From positions 8,060,001 through 8,124,000 of the forward strand of contig JAGIQG010000020.1 of assembly GCA_024679065.1 (NCBI GenBank): a DNA stretch of 64,000 nt, written 5' to 3'. Shown piece by piece: positions 39,706-53,045 of this stretch (the stretch's first letter is position 1; every line of letters begins with the position of its first letter). A program made the position numbers and the translations under genes. The stretch is from Sphyrna mokarran. Its lineage: Eukaryota. The notes under the pieces are model-generated. The model saw only the letters and a list, made by a program, of their open reading frames with translations. It was not told the origin of the DNA and searched no databases.

Positions 39706-40278
39706 CAAATAATCCTCAAATGAGGTCCATAAAGTTTCATGTTGAAGATAAGGTTTGCACATCATGAAATGCTGTTAATTCCTGGAGAGAGAAGTTATCA
39801 CATATTGCAGTTCTAAGCTGAACAGGCCAGAAGGTCCCAGCCACAGCTTCTAAACTACGCTATGTTAGCTGGTCCTGGCCAGAACAATAATTGGAGGGCT
39901 ATTGCTAGCCTCAGAGTGGAATAACTGATTTTCTTTTTACAATCTTTTGCTGGTGCATTGCTCCATATAGCTATCACACACCATATGTTAAAATTATATG
40001 GCAGTAGAGTCAAATTTACTTTTGTCACTTTTTATTCATGCCTCTTGTCCCATTACCTGATCTAATTTTAAATCATCTGGATACATAATTTCAACAAAAT
40101 CTTTCACTCAACTATTGTTGCCTAAAATTGAGTTGCTCTTTGAACCTTTCCTTAGAACTTATTACAATACACTTCAAATTATTTGTTTGCTCTTCATTGT
40201 ATCATCTCCAACCCTTGCCTCTGCCCTTACCAGTTATCTTCCCGTACTAGAACAGCAAGTTGAGGGGCTTGAGAGTGA

Positions 40279-40301
40279 CACACACACACACACACACACA
40301 C
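40279..40301. repeat. (CA)n microsatellite
   Basis: Directly visible. Confidence 0.9.
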
Positions 40302-40438
40302 AAGAATGATTTATATTTTGGGTCAGTTGCTCCTCAATATTTCTCTACACAACATGCATCCTCGCACTCCGTTATTCTATCCATAATCTATTTGGATGGC
40401 CAGATTTGCTGTTATTTTTCGAAGTTGTAAGCACTTAC

Positions 40439-40600
40439 CAGACAGAGAGTGTAGCAGTAGCCAACAAAGCCATCACAAAGTGACTCGCACAATGCAGTGT
40501 AGAGATGGGCGACTGTAGGAGGATGGCAGGTAGCAGCCGTCGCCCGCTTGCTGAAAACACAGAGACCGTTCGTTCCTCACAAGCTACGCTGACGAGGTCG
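40439..40600 (-). CDS. HIRA: HIRA exon (DLVSVACEERTVSVFSASGRRLLPAILLQSPISTLHC...TLSVW)
   Basis: AG/GT boundaries, 162 bp; GRRLL motif of the Hira domain. Confidence 0.95.
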
Positions 40601-40924
40601 CTGCAAAACAAAAAGGGCACAATGGACCAGGATGAGACCTGTTAAACTTTGCTTCACTGGGTGCTGGGGAGAGCAGGAGAAACCAAAGCCCAGCAACCAG
40701 GTTGGGAAATGAAGCAGAGAAATCGCAACGCAACATCAAGGGAACGGACCAATTTTCCTTTGCTGCAACCTGCAGGAGGTTGTGCTACTTCACTACAGAA
40801 AAGTACAGACCAGCATGTCAATCAACAGCCCACAAGAATCACACAGATTTTAGTCAGGGTTAGACATCTCTGCCAATTTACCATTATTTCTTGGCTGTAT
40901 ACTTGGAGTGAGCAGAATAAATGA

Positions 40925-41157
40925 CAAAAATTCTTTAGCAAGGATCCGTAGAGTTCCTGAATGTAACACAATTGAACTTGGATAAAATACCTATACCACA
41001 GCATTACATGGCGCTGTTAGTAATGTTGCAAAATAAGTAAGTCAACAAAAGTTCTTTAGCAGGAATCTGTAGAATTCCTGAATGTAAAACAATTGAACTT
41101 GGGTAAAACACCTATACCACAGCATTACGTGGTGCTGTTAGTAATGTTGCAAAATAA
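40925..41157. repeat. Tandem duplication, period about 121 bp, two copies
   Basis: TTCTTTAGCA...GTAATGTTGCAAAATAA at 40931 and 41052. Confidence 0.9.
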
Positions 41158-41804
41158 CATTTAACTGGAAGGAACTGAATCAGAGCACTATCCCTCCATC
41201 CCTGAATTATAGCTTCAAGTCAAATTAGACAGGAAATAAGCCTCCATTTTCTGTTTGAAGTAAAAATTAGTGTTTTAAAATCTCTAGCCACTTCCAAAGT
41301 TGCCTCACATCTATTGCCCAGCAATAATTCCTAACTCCAGACATAAAGATAGCAATGGATGTTGTGGGGAGTGGTGCAATAAAGGGCACTCTTCCCTGTC
41401 TGCCATTAAAGTGCAGTAGTGAATGAGAGCAAAAGCTCAATTCTGAAACTGGTGACAGATGGAGAGTTGGAAATACCAATTTGTACATGGCTCAAGAAGG
41501 CAGCTCACTACCACCTTCTCAAGGGCAATTAGGGATGGGCAATAAATACTGGCTTAGTCAGTGAAGCCACATCCCATGAAGGAATATCAAAAAAAAATAC
41601 CCTTTAGAGGTCAGTTTCAGAATTCAGCTCTCTTTGCTGATACATGATTGCAAAAATGGAGAATGGAGAAAATAGAGAAAAATGGCAAAGCACAGAAGAA
41701 ACATATTAATTGTATAAAGTACAGATTACAATGATTTTTATTAAATAAACTCTAATAAAATGTAACAGCGTAGTTAATGGAGCTATGGAACTAATTTGAG
41801 ACAA

Positions 41805-42742
41805 AAATGAATTTAGCTGGCATGGTTCGTAAGTTTGCAGATGACACCAAGATTGGTGGCATAGTGAACAGTGAAAAAGGTTATCTAAGATTGCAACGGG
41901 ATATTGTTCAATTAGGCCAGGGGGCTGAAGGACGGCAGATGGAGTTTAATTCAGACAAATGCAAATTATGCATTTTAGTTGATCGACCCAGGGCAGGACT
42001 TACTCAGTTAGTGATATGGCATAGGGGAGAGTTACAGAGCAAAGAGATCTAGAGGTACAGGTTCATAGCTCCTTGAAAGTGGAGACACAGGTGGACAAAG
42101 TGGTCAAGAAGACATTTGGCATGCTTGGCTTCGTTACTCAGAACATTGAATACGGGAGTTGGGATGTCTTGCTGAAGTTGTATAAGACGTTGGTATGGCC
42201 ACACTTGTAATAGTGTGTACAGTTCTGGTCACTATATTATAGAAAGGGTACTATTAAACTAGAAAGAGTGCAGAAAAAATTTACAAGAATGCTACCATGA
42301 CTTAATGTTATAAGGAGAGCCTCGATAGACTGGGACATTTTTCTGAGTGTAGAAGGATTGAGGATGATCTTATACAAGTCTATAAAATAATGAGGTGCAT
42401 AGATCAGTTACATAGTCAATATTGTTTCCCAAAGGTAGGGGAATCTAAAACTAGAGGGCATAGGTTTAAGGTGAAAAGGGAAAGATAAAAAAAATTCCGG
42501 AGGAGCAATTGTTTTATACGAGGGTAGTGAGTGTCTGGAACAAGCTGCCAGAGGTGGTAGTAAAGGTGGGTACAATTTTGTCTTTGAAAAAGAGTTTAGA
42601 TAATACATGGGTAAGATGGATATGGAGGGATATGGGCCAAACGTGGACAATTGAGACTAGCTTGAGGGATTAAAAAAAAAGGTGGCATAGACACATTAGG
42701 CTGAAGGGCCGGTTTCCATGCTGTAAACATCTATGACTCTAT
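41805..42742 (+). mobile_element. CR1 LINE 3' part
   Basis: KFADDTKIGG RT motif, LQRD, 3' UTR ending CTATGACTCTAT. Confidence 0.85.
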
Positions 42743-42829
42743 CCTATGGAGGCAGAAGGCATGACTGAAACACTGAACGAGTACTTTCGTCCTGGCCTTC
42801 TCCAAAGAAGAGAATAAAGTAAATGTAAC

Positions 42830-43145
42830 AATCATAGAATCGTCACAGTGCAGAAGGAGACCATTCGGCTCATTGAATCTGCACCAACCATAATCCCACC
42901 CAAGTCCTAGCCCCGTAACTCTACATATTTATCCTGTTAACCCCCTGACAATAGGATAAATTTAGCACGGCCAATCAACCTAACCTGCACATTTTTGGAT
43001 TGCGGGAGGAAACCAGAGCACCCGAAGGAAATCTGTGGAGACATGGGGGGGAAAGTGCAGACTCTGCTCTGAAGCTGGAATTGAAACCGGCTCCCTGAAT
43101 GCTGTGAGGCAGCAGTGTTAATCACTGTGCCACCGTGCCACCCCA
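42830..43145 (-). mobile_element. HE1-like SINE
   Basis: SINE head and core. Confidence 0.8.
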
Positions 43146-44429
43146 GCAGAGGATAGAGCAGAGATATTCGTTAGAAAGGAGGTGGTAAATAGATTGGCAT
43201 CATTCAAAGTAAACAAGTCACTGATTTAACTAAGATGCACGCTAGATTACTTGAAGGAGATCAGGTGAGCACTGATCGTTCAATCTTCTTTGAATATGTA
43301 ACAGGTAGCAGAGAACTGGAAGATTGCAAACGTTGCACCTAGCTAAACAAAAAATGGACAGGAATAAATCTGGCAATTGCATATTAATCAGTCTAACAAC
43401 AGCACAGGGAAAACTACCATTGTCAAGGCAACATCAATTCTCACTGGGAGAAGCATCCATTCGAAGAGACAGCCAGTATAAATTTCACTCTCCCTGATTG
43501 TTATTGGGACAATTACTATTCTTATCATATATAAATAACCTGGATTTATAATCTGGAGTAAAATTTGTATGTTTGACAATTGTACAGAACATGGCAATGT
43601 GGTAAGCACTGAGCATCATGATAACATTGTTTCAACAGGATATAGGCAGACTGGTGAAATAGATAGAAACATGGGAGATGCAATTTAATATGGATTGAAT
43701 GCGAAGTGATGTAATTCAAAAAAAAGCATAAGATAGCTTAACCTAAATGGTAGTGTTTTGAGGAAGTTTACCAATCAAAACAGCAAATTGAGACAAAAAT
43801 TGAAAATGGTACCCAATCTAACAATTCAATCATTTAAAGAAAAACTCAAACCTTTTTAAAGAAAAATCAGATTAAATGACATCAAATTCAGGTATGTCTG
43901 GAGTTGTGAACACCGGAGGTCAGGTACACTGAATTGTATTGGTATCAGTAAACCAAGTGGCTTCTTGTCAGAGGCATTTTGAAAGGTTCCAAAACTTTTC
44001 ATGTAGAATTATGGCTCAGGTAATCATGCCATACTTATCTAGTATAGTAGCTAGGATTTTCAGTGCAATCAACAAATTAATTGCTTTGTGATCAGCTTGA
44101 GTGAAGTGCCTTATTCATGGCTCAGGGTCTTATTGTGCAGGCGTGCACCAGAAGTGAGATTCACACTAACATCCTATCTTACTTCCAGTAAAGCATGTGT
44201 TTATTTTGATTTGCAAAACTGTGTTTACCATATATATCTGTTTATATCTATCATTTAGATCTGCATTTTAGAAAATAACTGGCATGCTTTCTAGCTCATG
44301 ATTAGAACATCAAGGTTAAAAAAAGACAGGAGGTAGTGAGTAGAAAACCCCAACTTTAGAAACAGCACACTAGTTATATATATGGACTGCAACAGGAATG
44401 GTCAATAGGAAACACATTTTTTAAGATTT

Positions 44430-44710
44430 ACAATTCATTTATTAATGTCACAAGTAAGCTTACATTAATGAAGTTACTATTAAAATTCCTTAGTTGCCAC
44501 ACTCCAATGTCTATTTGGATACACAGAAGGAAAATGCACCTAACCAGTATGTCTTTTGGACTATGGGAAGAAACTGGAGCACACGGAGGAAACTGATGCA
44601 GATACGGGGAGAATGCGCAAACTCCACACAGACAGTGAACCAAGCCAGGAATTGAACCCGAGTTCCTGGCACTGTGAGGCACTGGTGCTAACCTAACCAC
44701 GGTGCCACCT
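44430..44710 (-). mobile_element. HE1-related SINE
   Basis: SINE head and core, alternative tail as at 4790. Confidence 0.75.
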
Positions 44711-46154
44711 ATTAAACTGTCGATTTCAATACATTGCACAGCATTCCATTACAAAAATATTTATCCATATTGTTTCTGAACCAACAGCTGAGTACATTTT
44801 CTTATAACTAATCTGGATCCTCAACAAACTCCATTCAGTAAATCAGTTTTTTCTCTAAAATTGTGCAGCTTCATACAGTAGATAATGGCACGTAACCAAC
44901 TTGTGCACAAATACATTTAGATTGCATCATTTTAATTAGGTTTCATAGAATCATAAGTGAAAAAGCAGGGAACATGCACATTCAGTCCATCATGCCTGGG
45001 TCCTTGTGTTGAGCAAAAGATTCACTTCAGGAATCTTAAGTGGTCACTGATCCAAAGAAAAGACCAATTTTTCATTTTTGAATTTGCTGTTTTCACCTCA
45101 TGCAAGCATCTTTAATGGTTTAAGAAGCTGGCATGGTAATAATTTCTGGGTAGAGTTCTCGACTTGAGTTGCAGTCCAAAAACTCAAAGTCAATTCCTCT
45201 ATTCTCCAGTTCCTGATCTGACACTCAGCCCTATTCAAATGATATGTTTCAAACTGAAACTCATGCTGATATACAGTAGGAAGTAACTGAAAAAGAAAAC
45301 TATCTGTGCGCAACAAATTAGCTGTTTAAATTAAGTGGATTTTGGTGACAGGATTGATTTTAAAATTTTATCTCTTCCCCAGAGCTCCGTGTCACAAGAT
45401 CATTGCAGGAAAAAGGATGGAAATCATACACACCTCTACAAGAAAGGTTGCCTCAACTTTGCAATACTGGAAAGATGCCTTGTGGCAAACCATTGCTGCA
45501 AGGCTGCAAATGCTAGTTAGCAATGTCTATATCTTGGCTTCAACACTCTAACTCCAACATTTATGATCATCAGCTGAACCCACCTCTCTTTCCCCTCTGT
45601 TATTAGGCGGTCACACATAATCCTTACCAGTCACAGATACAGCAATCTTTTAAATACTTTTATAATACTAAATTTGGAACAAGTTTCCAGTGCTATTAGC
45701 ATGTTAGTCACCCACAGTCTTAAAATTGTAAATGCCATATTATTTCATTAATTCTATAATACTGGCAGTTTAAATGAAAGTAACCTAAACTGACAGAGAG
45801 AGAGGAGTGATCTTCATACATTGTTAAACCATTGATTAAACAAATAAGAGTTAATAGGTTTACGTACACAAACTTCAAGCGGACATGCACAGGGAGCCTA
45901 TTACATTTCAAGTCTTAATAACATTCATACAGATTGGATAAGAATCTAAAACAAAACTAAGTACATATTACTTAGTTATTTTAAACAGAGCCATTAATAC
46001 ACAACATCATCCCCAAACAACTATCAGGAAGTTTGATGTTGAATGAACTAGATGAATGACAGGATTAATAAGACACCATCATTATTTCCCAGAACCAACA
46101 CCCACCAGTTCTATAATTCAACTCCCACAGTCCTTTTTTGGAACCTTTACTCAC

Positions 46155-46303
46155 CAGCTCCCTGCAGCAGTGAGGATTCGACTGGTTAGTAGTGTGTCCC
46201 ACTGTTTTCCTTCTCTCATGCACTTTAACCGGCTCAGTTTCCACCCTGTGACTGTAGGAACTTCATTTTCCACTTCTATGTACATAGCTGGCTCAGTGCT
46301 TAC
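46155..46303 (-). CDS. HIRA: HIRA exon (VSTEPAMYIEVENEV...KLSRLKC.REGKQWDTLLTSRILTAAGSC)
   Basis: AG/GT boundaries, 149 bp. Confidence 0.95.
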
Positions 46304-46584
46304 CTGAAATCAAGCCGGGTCAATGAGTCAGACTCTACACCATTTACTTATATATTTTTAGCCATGATTTCAACTTACAAGCTTGTCACCAATTTGACTT
46401 ATGTAATTACAGATCACATTTGAGATATACATATGGAGTTGGAAGTTACAAGCAAGAGTTTTACATTGTTCACTCAAGGTAAGGCAACTTTTATCATTTA
46501 AAGCTTCACACTACCATTATCAATAAATAAGAAATCTACTAAGTAATAGACATCACCCTACTACATGGGCTTGAATCCAGTTCA

Positions 46585-46750
46585 GACTAACCTGCACATT
46601 TTTGGATTGTGGGAGGAAACCGGAGCACCTGGAGAAAACTCATGCAGACACGAGGAGAATGTGCAAACTCCACACAGACAGTTATCCAAGCCGGGAATCG
46701 AACCCAGGTCCCTGGAGCTGTGAAGCAGCAGTGGTATCCACTATGCTACT
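46585..46750 (-). mobile_element. HE1-like SINE (5' half)
   Basis: SINE head and core. Confidence 0.75.
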
Positions 46751-47000
46751 GTGCAATATCCTGACCTTTATGTTATTGTCCCAAACCAAACAATTCATCT
46801 CAAGCAAAGTCTCCCTGCTGACAGCAAAGTTTCCAAGAAAGGTGAGTTTGGTAATGTTAGCTCAAAAGCCGTGACACCATCACAACTTTGCCTAGGATTC
46901 AACCCCAACTGTTCAATATCAAAGATCTTCCCTGAAACTTCACTGAGTTGCTCTGAAGGCTGATTAAGAAACACTACTCTGAGCCAGCATTATTTCTTAC

Positions 47001-47099
47001 CTGTATGTTGAATGCTTTCTTTGGTGCCGGTGTTGGGAGTTTAAATACAATGAGGGGAGCAGAGACACGCGACACCTCCTTTTCTATTGACGGAGCAGC
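47001..47099 (-). CDS. HIRA: HIRA exon (AAPSIEKEVSRVSAPLIVFKLPTPAPKKAFNIQ)
   Basis: AG/GT boundaries, 99 bp; similar to the recalled human EKEAMCLSAPALALKLPIPSPQRAFTLQ. Confidence 0.9.
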
Positions 47100-47429
47100 C
47101 TGAAAGGAAGCAGAGTGTCAATTGTGTAAATTAGTCTCCAAGTCCCAGTAAATAGCAGGAACACAAATTAATTTTTGTCTCAATTCAATTGAATAGATCT
47201 TCTCTAACATTCCCACAGAGTGCAGAAGTGAAATGGAAAGCACAGAAGTCAAAAGACCAAGATTTCAAGTCATCCACAGCCCTCTCAGCTGTTAACGGAC
47301 CGGCAACTTGCCAGTGACGATCCTGGGCGTAGGACAGTTCACAAAGACAAGGGGGTAGAAAACTAAACAGTACAAGAAATGCCAAGAGTTAAAGTTTTGA
47401 AGTTGCTAATTTTAATCTGGAGTTTAATG

Positions 47430-47745
47430 GGCAGCATGGGGATTATCACTGCTGCTTCACAGCTCCAGGGACTCGTGTTCGATTCTCGACTTGGGTCGCT
47501 GTGTGTGTGCACTCTGCACATTCTCCCTGTGTCTGTATGGGTTTCCTCCGGGTGCTGTGGTTTCCTTCCACAGTCTAAAGATGTGTGGGTTAGGTGGATT
47601 GGCCATTCTAAATTGTCCCTTAATGTTAGAATGACTAGCTAGGGTAAATGCACGGGGTTATGAGGACAGGGCCTGATGGGATTGTGGTCGCTGCAGACTC
47701 GACGAGCTAAATGGCCTGCTTCGCACTGTAGGATTCGATGATTTA
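47430..47745 (+). mobile_element. HE1-like SINE
   Basis: SINE head and core. Confidence 0.8.
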
Positions 47746-49043
47746 AAGGATGAATGATATAGTCAAAGTTATGAGATTTGAAGGACATCACAAAGTCAAG
47801 TGTACAATCAGCATTAATTTGCATGGTGTTTAAAACCATGTAATTGAGAATTCTGATTAATTCTAAATACCCAACATGAGGAAAATTAGCAGCTAATGTT
47901 TTGATATGTGGCTTGAGAATAATACAAAATATGCAAATAACACTTTAATATCTCTAAGAAATGTTTTTAACATGCCAGTCAAATGAAAGATGTATTCATG
48001 AAAGATATTAGCACAAGTCAGGCACAAAGTAAATTAGCAATGCATATCTAAGCCGGGAAAATAAATTCAATAGATAAAGGTCTCTTCAATAGAACCACTT
48101 TAAATGGTTAGAAAAAATTCTGAATCATAGAAGCCATTTCTTGGAGAGAATTCCATAAAACAGACAAATAACAGAGTTAGATTTGAAGGTGTCAAAGAAT
48201 TATTGATTGAAAGACATGTCATCAGTAGACTGACAGATTAGTGAATGAATAAAATTGCTGTTAATTAAGTGCTGGGCAGATTAATCTGATTAAAAAAAAA
48301 GTACAACTATTCCACTTTTTTGGAATGAAATCTAAGATCTTTTGTGAAAGCCAGTTAGCTCATTAGTTGCGTAGGTGGAACCATTGACCTGCCATTTTGG
48401 TCAAAATGAGATTTGTCTTGTCTTAATTGTATGTTTGTTGAATATTGTTAATTTGTAATGTTGTTGATTCTAACATGTCAATGTTTTAATAAAATTAGTT
48501 TAAGAATGTCATTGAACTGAATTTTTTGTTTTTATGGAATGAAATGTTGAATGAAAAGATTTAGTCTTTAAATTAATTAGGCCACCTAAGAGAATTTTCC
48601 ACAACAGACCAACATTCTTGCAATTTTATTTTCCACTAGTCATCTTATTTCTCCTGAAGACTGAAGCCTGCACTGAGACAATCTCTCAGTACCAACAAAG
48701 TTTATACTCAAGTAACCATAGGTGTAAACCCAGACAGTAATCATGAGCAAAGTATTTGGCCTTGGGGTATCACAACTAAGGTCAACCCTCCACCGTAACA
48801 CCCTTCCATCCCTTCACCCATCTGTACCACACAGATGCTATTCAGGAGAGATTATAACCAAATTTTCCATTCATTAGTCAAAGACCAATGAAGCCAATGA
48901 CACTTATCAATTAACTCAACAAAGACTTGGAGGCTGGAAGGAGGTGGGGAGGAAAGGAGGGGAGTGGCGAGACAGAGGTGGAAAGCATTAGCCACAAGAG
49001 GAAGCTTCTCTGAGCTTTATGCAAGAGATTATAAGATCCATAC

Positions 49044-49248
49044 CTGAGTTGCTATGGCTACAGTTGTTTGTTTTGTCTCTTTCCGCGGTCGGCCTTTCTT
49101 TTTCTTTTCCACAACTTCCCCCTCAGTGTCGTTCTTACGTTTTGACAGTGATGAGATTTTCGAAGCTGGAATTTTCTCCTCACTGTCACTGCTGCTCTCC
49201 TGAACCTCTCTCGGTTTCAAATCTTTGGAAAGTCCCTGCTCTTTACTC
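49044..49248 (-). CDS. HIRA: HIRA exon (SKEQG...ESSSDSEEK...EKKKKGRPRK..., basic NLS-like stretch)
   Basis: AG/GT boundaries, 205 bp. Confidence 0.95.
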
Positions 49249-49309
49249 CTATGAGAGAGTCACAATGGTTCACAAACAGTAAACAATCTCAAATTTACAT
49301 CTGAGTAAA

Positions 49310-49635
49310 TAGAAACATAGAAGCCCTACAGCCATTCGGCCCATCGAGTCTGCACTGACCACAATCACACCCAGGCCCTCCCCCCATATCCCTATATATT
49401 TACCTACTAATCCCTCTTACCTATGCATTTCAGGACACTAAGGGCAATTTTTTTTTTAGCATCAAACAACCTAACCCGCACGTCTTTTGAACTGTGGGAG
49501 GAAACTGGAGCATCCGGAGGAAACCCACGCAAACACGAGGAGAATATGCAAACTCCACACAGTTTCCCAAGCTGGGAATCGAACCAGGGTCCCTGGAGCT
49601 CTGAAGCAGCGGTGCTAACCATTTTGCTACTTTGC
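49310..49635 (-). mobile_element. HE1-like SINE
   Basis: SINE head and core. Confidence 0.8.
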
Positions 49636-50521
49636 AATATCCTGACCTTAGTGGACCCCAACCTTTATATTATTGTCCTAAACCAAACATTTAATCTCAA
49701 ATAAAACATCCAGCACTCATTTCCTGCAACACTAATATTTATGATCCTTGCTCTAAAACAATCTGCTTCACTCACATTTCCCCTCTCCTGAATAAGGGAA
49801 TTCATCCCAAGGGAACAAAAGGTTTTGGTTCTGACTACCAACCCAACTCCCCTTCAGGGCTGCTTCAGCTGCACCATGTTAGAATTATTGCAAGGAACTC
49901 CAATTAACTCTACTAAACAGCTCAAGCTTCTTTTTTGGCTTGTTTAATCTCTTCCCATTTCTTGTCCCTAATCTTAGATTCCTCAGAATATCAGAATGTG
50001 TGCTATGCCCATTGTGAGGGCCTAGGACCCAAGAATATGTAAGCTTCTAATTAAGAAGTGAGAGATCTTTGGGATGTTTGTCCTATCCAGTTGCAGAAGC
50101 ACTGAATGTGCTCTTTCTAAGCAAACAATGCGCTTTTGCAGAGCAAAGGGGGAAACTGTCAGCTGTTTGGCATATCATAACATACAGGGCTATGGGCCAA
50201 GCACTGGTAGGTGGAACTAAGTGGGAATTCAGGTATCAGTGCAGATCCATGAGCAAAAGAGCCTCTTCTGTGCTGTATAATTCTATGAATCTAGAAATAG
50301 TCTAAACCCCAGCCAATAGCTTCTCTCCACACCAAAACAAAACCTGAAAATAACCAGGTGTGGCCTCCATTGCAAATTCAACTTAACTATAAAGAAAGGG
50401 AAGTACAGATTGGACACATTTAGCAGAATCATTCAATACTTTGTACTACACATATTCAGCCTCAAATATCTATTCAAACATAACTTCAAATAAAAACACA
50501 CATAATCTGGATCTTCCTGTC

Positions 50522-51170
50522 AAGGCAGTCAAGTCGATAAGGTTGTTAAGAAGGCATACGGAGTCTTAGCTTTTATTGGTAGGGGGATTGAATTTCGGAG
50601 CCGCAACGTCATGTTGCAACTGTACAAAACTCTAGTGCGGCCGCACTTGGAGTATTGTGTGCAGTTCTGGTCCCCACATTATAAGAAGATGTGGAGGCAT
50701 TGGAGAGGGTACAGAGGAGGTTTACCAGGATGTTGCCTGGTATGGAGGGCAGGTCTTATGAAGAGAGGCGAGGGATTTGAGGTTGTTTTCGTTAGAAAGG
50801 AGGCGGCTAAGAGGGGACCTAATCGAAACATATAAGATGATTAGAGGTTTAGATAGGGTGGACAGTGATAGCCTTTTTCCTAGGATGGAGAAAGCTAGCA
50901 CGAGGGGACACAGCTTTAAATTAAGGGGTGATAGTTATAGGTCAGATATCAGAGGTAGGTTCTTTACCCAGAGGGTGGTTAGGGAGTGGAATGCCCTGCC
51001 TGCGGCAGTTGTAGATGCGCCAAGTTTGGTGGCGTTTAAGAGGTTAGTTGATAAGTTTATGGAAGAGAAGGGAATGGTTTAGTTTGGAGGGTCATTGCTT
51101 TTTTCATAATTGGTCGGCGCAACATCGAAGGCCGAAGGGCCTGTTCTGCGCTGTAATGTTCTATGTTCCT
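50522..51170 (+). mobile_element. Young CR1 LINE 3' end
   Basis: LYKTLVRPHLEYCVQFWSP and ERRRLRGDLIETYKMIRGLDRVD...FFTQRVVREWN; GTTCTATGTTC tail. Confidence 0.9.
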
Positions 51171-51426
51171 GTGTGAATTAATATGAAAGGAGAAAATCAG
51201 CCACAAATGACCTCTCGATGTCAAAATGGAGAAATTCAACCTAGAATGATGTCTTCTGGGAGCTTCTATCTGGCATGTCTTGAGAAACAGTCATGTAAAC
51301 AAAACTTGCCATGTAATAAAAATCTGATGTCAATACAACTGTACCCATTTTTCACCAATTGACACACTGCTGTCATTCCTCTTTTGATCAATCAAATTGG
51401 ACCCATTCATGTTGTCTTGGCCGTAC

Positions 51427-51597
51427 CTATCCAAGTCACTCTGTCTGGCAGCAGCAGAGATGGGAGCAGTTCCTGGAGTTGATTTTGATCTCTCAGTGAA
51501 CCTGGAATCTAGAGCTTTCATTGGCTCAATCCGTGAAGGTGAGGTCAATAGTTGAGTATTTGTGGGTATGGCAGTGGACGTGCTAGTAATTGCGGAC
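51427..51597 (-). CDS. HIRA: HIRA exon (SAITSTST...SPSRIEPMKALDSRFTERSKSTPG...DLDR)
   Basis: AG/GT boundaries, 171 bp; conserved IEPMKA.DSRFTERSK. Confidence 0.95.
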
Positions 51598-52179
51598 CTG
51601 AAAGACAAAGGCAAGACCGGATTACATAGGCTTTTACACTGGCACAATTTCCCCAGTGGATTGCACCACGCCCCTCCCAACCACTCACCCTGCTCCATCG
51701 ACAATGATGTAACAGGAATCTTGACTTTAAAAGTTGGGATTCCCATCTGCATATTTAAATATCATTATCAGGACTTTATTCCTGATAGTCCCTCATGTTA
51801 CATTGTCCATTCATGTTAGTATGTAGGCAGGCAGCATGGATCACAACAGGTTACCCACAACTGCACCTGGCAAGCCGAACCCATCATTTCAATCACCCTC
51901 CTCGTGCAAAGAATTTCTAGTTTTTGGCCTAAATTTGTCTTTCCCTAGTTTGAACTCTTATTGCTTAATCGTAATAGTATTTTAAATTTATCATTTAATG
52001 TCATATATCGCACTACAAAGCTAGTGAGTGACCTGCAGTAGTAAAATACCCATATTTCTCTGGTGTCTTTTCTGATACTAGAAAATATCATTCCTTCCTG
52101 TTCCATAGCTGCGTATGACTCAGTATAAAATGAGACAAAGGACATGCTTAGTGTCCACAGCGCCATTCTAGCCTGAGTC

Positions 52180-52520
52180 AGAGGCCTGGCAGACTTGAGC
52201 ATGTAATCCAAGCTACAGCTCCAGTACAGCACCGGGACTGTGCGGCAATATTAGGTCCGTCATCTTGTGGATGAGATGCTAAACCATTTTCCCCCTCAGG
52301 CAGATGCGAAAGAAAAGCAGGCGAGTTCTTCCAGCGCCCTGGCCAATGCATACCCCTCAGTTATCATCACTAAAAGCGGATGATCTGGTCATGTGCATTG
52401 CTGTTAGAGGGAGTGTACTGTGTACAACTGATTGCCAGATTTCCTACATTACATCAGTAACTTCACGTCCTGAGTATTTTTGTGGTGATGAAGCACATTA
52501 GGACAGAGGTTTCAAAGGCA
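52180..52520 (+). mobile_element. Deu-domain SINE remnant
   Basis: Homologous to 33250-33670. Confidence 0.5.
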
Positions 52521-52769
52521 CTTTGGAAATCATTTATACTTTGAAAAAGGTTTTATCAATCATGTCTTCATCACTGTTTTTCAATGCCCTGATGTGGAGG
52601 TACCATAAGCACTTAAAGCCAACATTATGATGATAGATTTAGATTGGATATTAGTGCTGTAATTTAATGAGTATTTTTATTAATTATTGTACTCTGAACT
52701 TTTACCAGTCTCCCATCCATTGACTCTGTCTACATTTCCCAGTGCCTTGGAAAAGTAGCCGGCATAATT

Positions 52770-53045
52770 AAGAATGTTCTCTTTTCCACCTTCTTCCATT
52801 GGGAAAAAGATAAGAAAGTCTGAGATCACATACCAATTAACTCAAGAACAGCTTCTTCCCTGCTGCCATCAGACTTTTGAATGGACTACCTCACACTAAG
52901 TTGATCTTTCTCTATACCTAGCTGTGACTATAGCATTACATTCTTCATTCTTTCCTTTCCTTCTTTCTGAACAGTATGCTTTGCATAGTGCACAAGAAAC
53001 AATACTTTTCACTGTATACTAATATATATGACAATAATAAATCAT
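52770..53045 (+). mobile_element. Rex1-like LINE 3' tail
   Basis: Homologous to 34090-34365 (CTTCTTCCCTGCTGCCATCAGACTT...ACAATAATAAA). Confidence 0.75.

Noticed and set aside
47931-47938. Octamer ATGCAAAT in a HIRA intron
   Set aside because: Isolated 8-mer, expected by chance in AT-rich DNA; no nearby leader or V exon.
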